DNA of 64,000 bases. Origin: Candidatus Heimdallarchaeota archaeon. GTDB taxonomy: Archaea > Asgardarchaeota > Heimdallarchaeia > JABLTI01. The translations under genes and the position numbers were made by a program. Below, one piece after another: positions 10,723 to 19,432 of the stretch (position 1 is the stretch's first letter; every line of letters begins with the position of its first letter). The stretch lies in assembly GCA_019056785.1 (NCBI GenBank), contig DXJV01000029.1:32001-96000 (forward strand), in the 5' to 3' direction. Under the pieces are notes generated by a model. The model was not told the origin of the DNA. It was given only the letters and a program-made list of their open reading frames with translations, and did no database searches.

Positions 10723-11220
10723 ATGAAACCTGTTAGTTTGTGTCTTGTACAGATGGGCACAAAGGGATTGGAATTGGTTAAAGTTTATCCTAATGTTCTT
10801 CCTGAAGAAATTCTTAATCAAATTGTTGTTAAAAGCATGCCATTTAATGCAAAAAACGGTGATTTTGCTTCAAGCACTATTGGAGATGCAGTCTTTTCAG
10901 GGTATATTTTTTCTGTACCATCTGAAAATGAACGAGACAATATTGCCTCACTTGTTGCGGTTTATAACAATATGAATTATGATTCGAATGCATTACGGAA
11001 AGTTTTTGCATTTACTATTGCAGAACTCAAGAAGAATAATGTGGCTGATATTGAAACATTAACAAAGATATTACCAAACCTTTACAATGGATTGGTAAAC
11101 GGTCGCTTAAAGATCAAAATAAGCTCTGTAATAACCCTCGAATTTGACATGCAATATAAAGATGAGAAAGATGTAGATTTGGAATCATTGAATGGTTTTG
11201 GGAAAGATCTTTGGAAATAA
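10723..11220 (+). CDS. Hypothetical protein, uDENN/longin-like
   Basis: The pattern GLELVKVYP...IVVKSMP...GDF...FSGYIF...R.NIASLVAV resembles the uDENN (longin-fold) module. Confidence 0.6.
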   Translation: MKPVSLCLVQMGTKGLELVKVYPNVLPEEILNQIVVKSMPFNAKNGDFASSTIGDAVFSGYIFSVPSENERDNIASLVAVYNNMNYDSNALRKVFAFTIAELKKNNVADIETLTKILPNLYNGLVNGRLKIKISSVITLEFDMQYKDEKDVDLESLNGFGKDLWK

Positions 11221-11250
11221 TAACATCAAGAGAAAGAAGGTAAAAAAAAG

Positions 11251-11781
11251 ATGTCTTTTTTAAAGCGATTGTTTCGACAACGTACCAAGCGAGTAACGAT
11301 AACCATTTGTGGTCTAGATAATGCCGGAAAGACAACCATTGTTCGATACCTAGTTGCTGGAGAATATAAATCCACAGTACCAACAATGGGAGTCAACAGA
11401 GAAGTCATTGATTTACCTAATTTACAAATGGATATTTTTGACTTAGGCGGACAGCTCGATTTTCGTGGCATTTGGCCTGAAATCAACGAAAAATCAGATG
11501 GACTCGTTTATGTTGTAGATGCATCTGATTATATTCGTCTTGACGAAAGCAAAGAAATTTTCTACAACATTATTAACGCACAAATCAATCCTTTAATTCC
11601 TGTGCTTATTCTGTTAAATAAGTGCGATTTAGAGGAGCGTCTCAGCCGCATTGAATTCATTAATGCTTTTGACTTACCTTCTTTGGGGAATATTAAATGG
11701 GCTTGCTTTGTGACTTCAGCGATCACCGGAGAAGGAATTTATGATGCCTTTCGCTGGTTTATTGACGCTTTTCAGGAGTAA
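11251..11781 (+). CDS. Arf-family small GTPase
   Basis: N-terminal amphipathic helix MSFLKRLF, G1 GLDNAGKTT, G2 PTMG, G3 DLGGQ followed by RxxW, G4 NKCD, G5 TSA. Confidence 0.95.
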   Translation: MSFLKRLFRQRTKRVTITICGLDNAGKTTIVRYLVAGEYKSTVPTMGVNREVIDLPNLQMDIFDLGGQLDFRGIWPEINEKSDGLVYVVDASDYIRLDESKEIFYNIINAQINPLIPVLILLNKCDLEERLSRIEFINAFDLPSLGNIKWACFVTSAITGEGIYDAFRWFIDAFQE

Positions 11782-11789
11782 GATGAATT

Positions 11790-12734
11790 ATGGCTTTGGT
11801 ACTTTCAAGTTATTCGTATTATTATTTAATTGCAGGAATCATTAACTTCACTGTTCTTTCTTTTCTTCTTGTTTTGTTGATAATTCACTTTTTCCGCAAA
11901 AGAACTGTAGGAACATTTCTACTAATAATGACTTACGCAAGTGTATGGATAAATGAGATTTTAATGACATTGGCATTTTACCTCGAGGCACTTTACCCAG
12001 GAAATGAAAATTACCTAAAAGCAGCCCAAACAATGCAAATGACAGGCGTCTTCTTTTTGGTTTATACCATAAACTGGATGTATTTCTTTGCGAACAGGCA
12101 TTTAATTCGTGACAACGACTTGTTTAAATTGTTATATACCTCAATTTTTAGCGCTTTTGTTGGCGTTGCTGGAGGATTAGCTTATTATGACATCTACACA
12201 GGAGATAGAAACAATCCATTCTGGTATTCAATAATTGAACTAGCAGGTGCAGACTTTAATCTTAATTATCCTCCAACACAAGGGCTACGGTTGATTCTTA
12301 TAGGGGGAATGTTTGCCATTGGTTCAATCACCTATCTACGATTAATTGTACGAACCACAAGACTCACCCGCAAAGCTAAAGATCTCGTTACTAAAAAGGG
12401 CCTACGAATTGTCAGTTTATCTATTCTCTTTTTATGGTTAACAGGCTTAGTTCTAGCATTATATATTTTTGGAGCAAATCGAATTCCCTGGCTTTCTGTA
12501 TTGGTTTATCTCTTTCGTGGAATGATCGTCATTACAGCAGTAATTCTTGGGTATCTAGGCTGGATTATGCCCGAATGGCTAAGAAGACGACTTCGAGGGA
12601 AAGCGTGGATTGCAAAAGTTTACACAGGTAAATTGCCTGAACCACCAAAGAGCAAAGAAAATATTGAAAAGGCACCTAAACCAATAACTTCACCCACAAG
12701 CGCAAATCAAATTGTAGAAATTTCCGAACAGTGA
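11790..12734 (+). CDS. 7-TM integral membrane protein
   Basis: Seven hydrophobic segments counted by eye; basic loops after TM1 and TM5 and a basic C-tail; 8 nt downstream of the Arf gene. Confidence 0.8.
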   Translation: MALVLSSYSYYYLIAGIINFTVLSFLLVLLIIHFFRKRTVGTFLLIMTYASVWINEILMTLAFYLEALYPGNENYLKAAQTMQMTGVFFLVYTINWMYFFANRHLIRDNDLFKLLYTSIFSAFVGVAGGLAYYDIYTGDRNNPFWYSIIELAGADFNLNYPPTQGLRLILIGGMFAIGSITYLRLIVRTTRLTRKAKDLVTKKGLRIVSLSILFLWLTGLVLALYIFGANRIPWLSVLVYLFRGMIVITAVILGYLGWIMPEWLRRRLRGKAWIAKVYTGKLPEPPKSKENIEKAPKPITSPTSANQIVEISEQ

Positions 12735-12745
12735 AATTTCGACAA

Positions 12746-12763
12746 TTATTTTTTTTTATTTTT
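12746..12763 (+). terminator. T-rich archaeal-type terminator candidate for the uDENN-Arf-7TM operon
   Basis: An oligo-T tract lies just after the 7-TM stop codon, between convergent genes. Confidence 0.45.
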
Positions 12764-14246
12764 AGAAAAGCAATTGGCGGTAGGTCAATTCTGCAATAAG
12801 AGCTGCCGCAGATATGGTATCTCCTAAACCAACAGTTTGAATTGGGTCTTGAACGATAATAGTAGGAACTGCTAGAATCGTATACTCATTCAAATCAAAG
12901 TCCTTATAAGAAACATAAGTTTCTATTTTTTTCAACAGATTGTTAACCTTCTTGAATGCTTTTGGAAGAGTGGCATCAATATCTATCGTATCAATTATTT
13001 CTTTAAATTTGAATACTCCTTTTGCTTTTCCAGTAATAGCTTTATGGGCAGCTATTAATGAAGCAAAACACAGCGTTTTAAATAAAAGAACTTCTGGAAT
13101 AGGATAGTCTTTTGAAACAAATAGAAGATAACAACCAAAAAGATGTAAATGTAGCCGCTCAAGTTTGAGCTTCTCGCAAACCTTAAGAGCCCCTTTAATT
13201 ATCAATTCATAATTAGTAAACATATCAGCTTTGATTTCATTTGCCAATCTTTTCTGCTTTATTGCCTCAAGGAGTTCAACAAGCTCTCGTTCATTACATC
13301 CTAAACTATTCCAGTAAGTATCTTTTGAAGAATAATAATAAAGCCGGTCTAATAAGAGTCTATTTTTCGTACTGGCAAGCTCAAGATGAACCAGTAAATT
13401 AGGATTAGCTTTTTTCGCTCGTGTAATTAACTCAAGTGTTTTTATTATCTTCTGATTGACTCCTTCTTTTCCAAGCTTCTTTACATTAAGCATATGAAAG
13501 CCTGAAAGAATTAAAAGGTCAGATTTTTCAGCTAAAACCTCTATATCCCTTTGAAATGCCTCAAGTATTTCTAATTCTGCATTTGGTGGATCGAAGGTTG
13601 CAATAAAGCGATTATCGCGTGGGCATTTCCAATATAGTTTTTCACCCAATTTTAACGTATCACCCTTGTGTACTTCAGAAATGATGTGGAAATACAAGCT
13701 TTCATCAAAATCCTTCACCTTTCGAGGGTGTAAAAAGACAAGCTCCCCTTCTTTATTATAAAGGGGAATTTGGATGTTTTTTTTCTTGCTAAAAAGCTCT
13801 CGCATTAGCTTTGGCAAGGTGGTGGTATGAACAAAAATCTGTCGAACACCCAATTCAGCATAGAGATTAGCAATAATTCCTGCCTGCCCACCTAATTGTA
13901 TTTTTTTTGGTGGCGGGAGGTTTTGGAGGAGGTACTGATAGGTTTCTTCTGACTCGATTAACCATTCACTTGCTTTTCCTTTCTCGAAACAGCCACACAG
14001 CCCTGTGATAAAGTCAACAGGAGAATGAATTTTTCCCTTCCATTTTAGGATATTTGTATATAATCTAACCGGGTCGACACCAATTTTCTTGATTAAATTA
14101 AGAATCTGTTCGGAATGAAAATCGATGATCGCATCAATATTAGTATTGAATCCAACAATGGCTCCCCGCACTTTTTTAATGTTTTTTAGGATGTTTGAGA
14201 AGGAGTCATGATAGATTTCTGCCCAAGACACTCGAATATTCCTCAC
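12762..14246 (-). CDS. pfkC: ADP-dependent glucokinase/phosphofructokinase
   Basis: GFNTNIDAI, LGGQAGIIAN, NRFI, HLELAS, SLGCNERE and the C-terminal TVGLGDTISA. Confidence 0.92.
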   Translation of the reverse strand: MRNIRVSWAEIYHDSFSNILKNIKKVRGAIVGFNTNIDAIIDFHSEQILNLIKKIGVDPVRLYTNILKWKGKIHSPVDFITGLCGCFEKGKASEWLIESEETYQYLLQNLPPPKKIQLGGQAGIIANLYAELGVRQIFVHTTTLPKLMRELFSKKKNIQIPLYNKEGELVFLHPRKVKDFDESLYFHIISEVHKGDTLKLGEKLYWKCPRDNRFIATFDPPNAELEILEAFQRDIEVLAEKSDLLILSGFHMLNVKKLGKEGVNQKIIKTLELITRAKKANPNLLVHLELASTKNRLLLDRLYYYSSKDTYWNSLGCNERELVELLEAIKQKRLANEIKADMFTNYELIIKGALKVCEKLKLERLHLHLFGCYLLFVSKDYPIPEVLLFKTLCFASLIAAHKAITGKAKGVFKFKEIIDTIDIDATLPKAFKKVNNLLKKIETYVSYKDFDLNEYTILAVPTIIVQDPIQTVGLGDTISAAALIAELTYRQLLF

Positions 14247-14346
14247 ATAGAGATTCTAGGATTTGTTATTAGGTTATAATAACATAAGACTTTTTCTTTT
14301 GGAAACTAAAAAAGAAGGAAAGAAAAGGTAGGTTGGCCTACCTCAA

Positions 14347-15531
14347 TTAGTCATCAAGGTCATCTACATCACCATCATCATCTTCATCTCTATCGACATC
14401 ACGTGATCTGCTCCAGCGTGATGGATAGGTTTCACCGGCAAATGAATATGCCAAGAGGAAGAGAACAAAATAGACGATACAGGTAAGAGCAAGTGCAGCA
14501 GTCAAGGCGGCATTGCGCACCTGAATTGTTCCTGCAGTGCGAACGAGGTCAACTGCGATGAACATCGGCAACATAACATATGCACCAATTGGAACATTAT
14601 CTCTCTTTGTTCGTTTGACCTTCTTGAAGAATCGTAATAAGAATTCTAACAAGCCAAAGAAGATAGTCACACCACTAATGACATAGAAAATGATGTCACG
14701 AGCAGGTAAGGTCATCGGGACAAGAATATAGGTAACGAAAACTGCAGTTGCAATGAGAAATTCTACGATATAAAGTATGCCTTTTGGTTTGGAGGTCGTC
14801 CGGTCCACTTGAGATGCACCTTCATAAATGAAATTCACAAAACCAGCAAGTACTGCTCCGATGCCAACGGAATACCCAAAGCCATAGATATAGTGAACGA
14901 AACCATATTCAGTCAAAATAGAACCTGTAGCTCCGGAACCAGACCAAAAGTTCCAAATATTGTTCCAGACAGTGCCATAATTTGCGCAGAATCCAATTGC
15001 CAAAACAATGGGAATAGCCGCCAGTAAAAGGCTGGGAATAAATGTCAACCATCGTGGGAGCTTTTTGCCAGTTTTTCGCTTTATTATCCAGGGGATCAAA
15101 CCAAACGATGCAACTACACCAATTATTGGCGTCCCAAAGGGGAGAATAAAGAAGACGAAAATGAAGAGCGCATTCACGCTGTAGAAAATATTCAATCCAA
15201 GGCTTACTTTTCGCATTGCTCGACCCATGTTTTCAAAAGTCTCTGCAACACGATTAGCATCCACAACGAGGAAGACCACCCAAGGCATGCTGAAAAATAC
15301 CGGGATAAAACCATAGACAAAAACCTTGGCCCAGACTTCGGGGAGAAAAGGAATAGTTTGCGCCGGATTCAGATACCGAAAATCTTCCCATGTAATTATT
15401 GGTGGGTCAAACCAACCTAAAGCAGGACTCGATCCTGCGACCATTAGAGCAAAGAACAATGGTATCACAATTATTAACACAAGTGTTATTAACCGACCCC
15501 AAATCAGTCCTTTTAATTTCTTAAGCGCCAT
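14347..15531 (-). CDS. Hypothetical polytopic membrane protein with an acidic C-tail
   Basis: About 10 hydrophobic segments; ends in DRDEDDDGDVDDLDD. Confidence 0.75.
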   Translation of the reverse strand: MALKKLKGLIWGRLITLVLIIVIPLFFALMVAGSSPALGWFDPPIITWEDFRYLNPAQTIPFLPEVWAKVFVYGFIPVFFSMPWVVFLVVDANRVAETFENMGRAMRKVSLGLNIFYSVNALFIFVFFILPFGTPIIGVVASFGLIPWIIKRKTGKKLPRWLTFIPSLLLAAIPIVLAIGFCANYGTVWNNIWNFWSGSGATGSILTEYGFVHYIYGFGYSVGIGAVLAGFVNFIYEGASQVDRTTSKPKGILYIVEFLIATAVFVTYILVPMTLPARDIIFYVISGVTIFFGLLEFLLRFFKKVKRTKRDNVPIGAYVMLPMFIAVDLVRTAGTIQVRNAALTAALALTCIVYFVLFLLAYSFAGETYPSRWSRSRDVDRDEDDDGDVDDLDD

Positions 15532-15605
15532 GTGAAATTCCTCACACTATTCTATTGGGACAATCTCTCATAAAAGGTTGTCCTTTTAGGAACCCCTCTT
15601 CCTTT

Positions 15606-15732
15606 CTCCCTTTTGAAATTTTTCAATGGAACTTCCAGTAGAAAGTGGGGTCAGTAAAATTTATAAATAGGATTATACTTAATGTTAGTTCCATTAGAAA
15701 CTGAGGTGAGTTGACTCCCCTGTTTCTAAAGG
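15606..15732. promoter_or_regulatory. Cluster of ORB-like direct/inverted repeats around an AT-rich TATA-like stretch
   Basis: TTCCAGTAGAAAGTGGGG (15633-15650), GTTCCATTAGAAACTGAGGTG (15688-15708), minus-strand CCTTTAGAAACAGGGG (15717-15732) and minus-strand GTTCCATTGAAAAA (15619-15632); TTTATAAA at 15660-15667. Confidence 0.45.
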
Positions 15733-15763
15733 TGAAATGAATAAAGTTAGGACAAGGTGAAAA

Positions 15764-16483
15764 ATGGCTCTTCAAACAAATGGTTTGATAATCCCACGAG
15801 GAATGGTTTTGCCTTTGAAACTCTTTCAGATAAATGGAGGGTCTTTAGGGAGTGCTTCAACAATTGTCAATAATTTGAAGGAACACCCTGTTGAGTTTAA
15901 AGAACGGAAATACTACGAGGGATTTTCTGATGTTGATTCCAATGGCAATATGATTAGTGTCTACTACACAATAGGACAACCCATCACAGTTCATCGAATG
16001 AAAGACGGTGAAATGACACCGCAAGTAGTGTATTCTCAAGGCAAGTGCGAATATATTATCCACGTCCGAGAGAAATTCCTTGAATGTAGAGGAACATCTT
16101 GGGTTGTGAAGAAAGGATTAACCCCCCTTATGGAGATTCTTGGAGTGGAATTCGATGGCGTGCATTTAAATGAAAACTCCATGGTCACTTTATGTAGGAA
16201 TGCTGCGTTGGTAAAAACAGTACAAATCTCAGACCTCGATAACCCAGCTTTAAATCAAATTCAACTAAGTGGAGAAATCCTCGATTCAGCTGAATGGACC
16301 ATTTATCGCAGGCAAGGAACGATCCGATATTTCCGGGGGTTCATTGACTTGCCAACAGGGGGTCAGCTCAGCGCTCAAGTAACAAATAAAGGGTCGATGC
16401 TAATTTATAAACGAGGTGTTGGCATCCCGGCCGAGGATGTTATTGCCGCTGTAAATATGATCATGAAGTTAGCAAAAACATAA
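15764..16483 (+). CDS. Hypothetical alpha/beta protein
   Basis: 239-aa ORF preceded by an SD-like AGGTGA; no family recognised with confidence. Confidence 0.75.
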   Translation: MALQTNGLIIPRGMVLPLKLFQINGGSLGSASTIVNNLKEHPVEFKERKYYEGFSDVDSNGNMISVYYTIGQPITVHRMKDGEMTPQVVYSQGKCEYIIHVREKFLECRGTSWVVKKGLTPLMEILGVEFDGVHLNENSMVTLCRNAALVKTVQISDLDNPALNQIQLSGEILDSAEWTIYRRQGTIRYFRGFIDLPTGGQLSAQVTNKGSMLIYKRGVGIPAEDVIAAVNMIMKLAKT

Positions 16484-16550
16484 ACATTCATGCTTCTTAC
16501 AAGAGAGACCTTGTTCGAAATTGGTCTTAATAGAGACCTGTTCACCTGCT

Positions 16551-16636
16551 TGACTGGAATGGGGCAACCCCACAATACGCGCTCCCCATCGTTTGAAAAA
16601 GCGATGGATCTTTTTTTGGGCCCCCATTTCCAGTCA
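16551..16636. repeat. Inverted-repeat-bounded structured element
   Basis: TGACTGGAATGGGGC ... GCCCCCATTTCCAGTCA arms enclose the hairpins TGGGGCAACCCCA and CCATCGTTTGAAAAAGCGATGG, followed by a T7 run. Confidence 0.6.
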
Positions 16637-16841
16637 TACGATTATTATTTTTTCAAGCTATTTGATGTTAATGACTAAAATATTAGTGACTAAAAAGCTG
16701 CTTTCTTAATTTAACTTTTTCTTCTTATTGATGGTGTTAATTTCACCGTTGTTTTATTGTCCTTGTTTTATTATACAAATCAGTTTCCTCCCTACCTTTT
16801 TATGTTTGGAAGTAATTTGTAAAATATTGGAAGTGGTTCTT

Positions 16842-17273
16842 ATGACTCTGAGTGGTGTTCAAGCCGAACGCGATCTTGTTCATTTGTTTTGGGATGCAGG
16901 ATTTGCTGTCCTGCGTGCGCCTGCTTCAGGAGGGGGGACACTGTTACCGCGACCAGATCTTATTGCCGGATCGCAAAAGCGGCAGAAATTCTTTGTCTTG
17001 GAAATTAAGACAGCTCGAAAAGACAGTATTTACATCAGTGAAGAACAGATCAATGGCCTATTAGAATTTGCCTCTCGACTTGGCTTTGAAGCCTTTCTTG
17101 GCGTGAAATTTAAGAAACGCCGAAGTGGGTTCTTATTTTTAGCCGTCCCCGACGAATTGGAGCGAGTGAAAAACAGCACAAATTTCAAGGTAACTTTTGC
17201 TCATGCCTCACAGAAGGGTCGTACCGTTGGAGAGCTCATTGGTGAGTACAAACAGAAACGATTGCTCGAATAA
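16842..17273 (+). CDS. hjc: Archaeal Holliday junction resolvase Hjc
   Basis: From ATG 16842: G..AERDLV, GFAVLRAPASG, PDLIAG, LEIK (PD-(D/E)xK nuclease motif). Confidence 0.92.
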   Translation: MTLSGVQAERDLVHLFWDAGFAVLRAPASGGGTLLPRPDLIAGSQKRQKFFVLEIKTARKDSIYISEEQINGLLEFASRLGFEAFLGVKFKKRRSGFLFLAVPDELERVKNSTNFKVTFAHASQKGRTVGELIGEYKQKRLLE

Positions 17274-17298
17274 TTACTCTTATTATTTCTCCAGCATC

Positions 17299-18522
17299 TT
17301 AGAAATAATAGTATTCTTCTCTTCTGGCACGTTCTAAGGCTTTTCGTTCTTCTTCTTCTGCTTGTCGGATCGCTTCATCAATCGCGTCTATTGCTGATTG
17401 GATCATTTCCTTGACTTCAGGATTTGTCTCTTTTTCTAAGAGGGTTTGGAGATGTTCTTTCGAATTTATGCTTTTCAATTGGCCCAATCCCCAGGCAGCA
17501 TATTTCCTTACTTCAGCATTTTTATCAGACTCGAGTTGATGTAATAAAGGCTCCACCGCTTTATTGTCCTTAATTTCTCCGAGAGCAATAACAGCCGCAC
17601 GTCGCACCTGAGCATCTTTGGATTTTAACGTTTCAATAATAGCGTTCACTGCTTTTCGTTCGCGGTGTTTGCCTAAAGAGGCAATGATTTCTTGTTTTAC
17701 AGCTTCATATGTCTCTTTGTCCAGCTGCGAGAGTAAAGCCGAAGAGATTTTCCGGTCGCGAATGCGCCTTAGAGCCCATGCAGCACTTTTCCGAACAATT
17801 GGGCTTGAATCCTTCTTCAAAACATCGATTAATGTTGGGACAGAAATGCTATTAGCGATTCTCCCAAGAGAGATAACAATCGCTTCTCTTACAGCATCAT
17901 TTTCTTCCTTCTTGAATTGGGTTATTAAAGGTTGTATTGCCACACGACCACCAATACGACCAAGTCCAGCTGCGGCTTCTTTTCGAATCAAAGAATTATC
18001 TGATGATTGTAATATCTCGATTAATAATGTGGCGGCTTTTCGTTCACCAAGTAAGTACAAAGACTTTATTGCTGCGACAACCACTTTCACATTTTTCTCG
18101 TTTTTAATTATTTCTTGAAGAATTTCAGCGGCGGCTTTATTATTCAGCTTTCCAATGGCTTCTGTTGCTGCAGCTCGAACACTTACAGCTTTTACGGTTT
18201 TAATCGCATCCATTAAAGTATCGTAGGCACTATCATCACCTAATTCACCCAACGCCGCTAACATTGCCGCTTTGACCTTTTTGTCCAGGTCGTGTTTATA
18301 GGTCTCAATTAACAAGTCGGTTGCTGAACGATCCCCAATCTTACCAATTGCTTCTGCACAGGCTAAGCGTGTCTTTACGTCAGGATTTTCTTTAAGGGCA
18401 CGCATTAATTCAGGGGTTGCTTTCCTATCACCCAACTCACCCAGAATTTTTGCCGCTTTAACGCGCTTTTCGGGGTTTTCTGAGGAAAGGTTTTCTAAAA
18501 GTTCAGCGATGTTTTCAGACAT
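17299..18522 (-). CDS. HEAT-repeat (PBS-lyase-like) protein
   Basis: About 12 tandem repeats of the type VRxxAAxALGxIGDxxAVxxL. Confidence 0.92.
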   Translation of the reverse strand: MSENIAELLENLSSENPEKRVKAAKILGELGDRKATPELMRALKENPDVKTRLACAEAIGKIGDRSATDLLIETYKHDLDKKVKAAMLAALGELGDDSAYDTLMDAIKTVKAVSVRAAATEAIGKLNNKAAAEILQEIIKNEKNVKVVVAAIKSLYLLGERKAATLLIEILQSSDNSLIRKEAAAGLGRIGGRVAIQPLITQFKKEENDAVREAIVISLGRIANSISVPTLIDVLKKDSSPIVRKSAAWALRRIRDRKISSALLSQLDKETYEAVKQEIIASLGKHRERKAVNAIIETLKSKDAQVRRAAVIALGEIKDNKAVEPLLHQLESDKNAEVRKYAAWGLGQLKSINSKEHLQTLLEKETNPEVKEMIQSAIDAIDEAIRQAEEEERKALERARREEYYYF

Positions 18523-18739
18523 TTGATTTGCTCCTTTGGCTTTTAATTAAGATTCTTGAATATTCAGAGAATCAATGATATGCTATTTGATGGTTTTTTA
18601 ATCCTAAATAAGCATTCCGTTTCCTCGTAACGGTTTAAACGCAAATTTACATGCTTTTTTTATAGTTTTGAAAGCTTAAAACTAGTATAAAAGAACTTCG
18701 CTTCAAGATTGAAAAAGGAAGAGAAAAAAGAAGAAATTA

Positions 18740-19432
18740 TCAACCAGTTACAATATGGCCACAAAAATCGCATTTAATTTCTTCTCCAGGGAGTGGCGGT
18801 TCTGAAAGTGTTGCGCCGCAATTTGGACAATTCTTAGGTGCTTTCTGCAACAAATGGACAGCCTCAGCCGAGAGTATTTTTCCAGCTTTCCAATCGTAAG
18901 TGCCTGAGAAGAGACCTCTTTTTGCCATCCCGACGACGATTTTTTTTATTTCGTCTGCTTTCATTCCCGTTTCGGTTGTTAATTGCTCTATGGTGGTTCT
19001 TCGTTTAGAATCGATTAATCCAATGACCCGTTCTGCAATTGCTCTTCCTTCTTGCGTGACGAATTCCCCTGTCGATTTGTCAAAATAAACAATCAGTAAT
19101 CCTTTTCCGATAATTCTACTAACAGAACTTTCTACTTTGGCTTCTGAAGCGTGGGCTTTTTTTGCCAGGGTGGCAGGTGTTATTCTATCATATTTATCAA
19201 GAATATTTGCAACGCGCAAATCAAAAGCATTTTTCCGGATGTCAATCATTGCAAGAATAAGAAGAATAGTGCCGGGTACAAAGGCAACCGAACCCATAAC
19301 AACACCGCTGATAAGACCCCCTAAGCTATTTTTATGTGTCACAAAATAACCATATAAAACCACACCAGCAATGAAGAAGCCGATTACAGAGAGTATAATA
19401 CCAAATACCCATTTTAAAGCTGTTTTAGCCAT
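18740..19432 (-). CDS. Membrane-anchored tandem winged-helix (PCI-like) protein with a C-terminal zinc ribbon
   Basis: Two N-terminal TMs; two wHTH repeats ending GLLIVYFDKSTGEF and GLFSGTYDWKAGKI; CPNC...CDFC. Confidence 0.75.
   Translation of the reverse strand: MAKTALKWVFGIILSVIGFFIAGVVLYGYFVTHKNSLGGLISGVVMGSVAFVPGTILLILAMIDIRKNAFDLRVANILDKYDRITPATLAKKAHASEAKVESSVSRIIGKGLLIVYFDKSTGEFVTQEGRAIAERVIGLIDSKRRTTIEQLTTETGMKADEIKKIVVGMAKRGLFSGTYDWKAGKILSAEAVHLLQKAPKNCPNCGATLSEPPLPGEEIKCDFCGHIVTG

Noticed and set aside
11790-12734. Microbial rhodopsin or heliorhodopsin interpretation of the 7-TM gene
   Set aside because: There is no Schiff-base Lys motif in TM7.
16490-16678. 62-aa ORF between the unknown gene and hjc
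   Set aside because: It has no recognisable features and overlaps a structured inverted-repeat element, so it is more likely non-coding.
16728-16841. N-terminal extension of the Hjc ORF in the track
   Set aside because: Hjc homology starts at ATG 16842; the extension is T-rich intergenic sequence.
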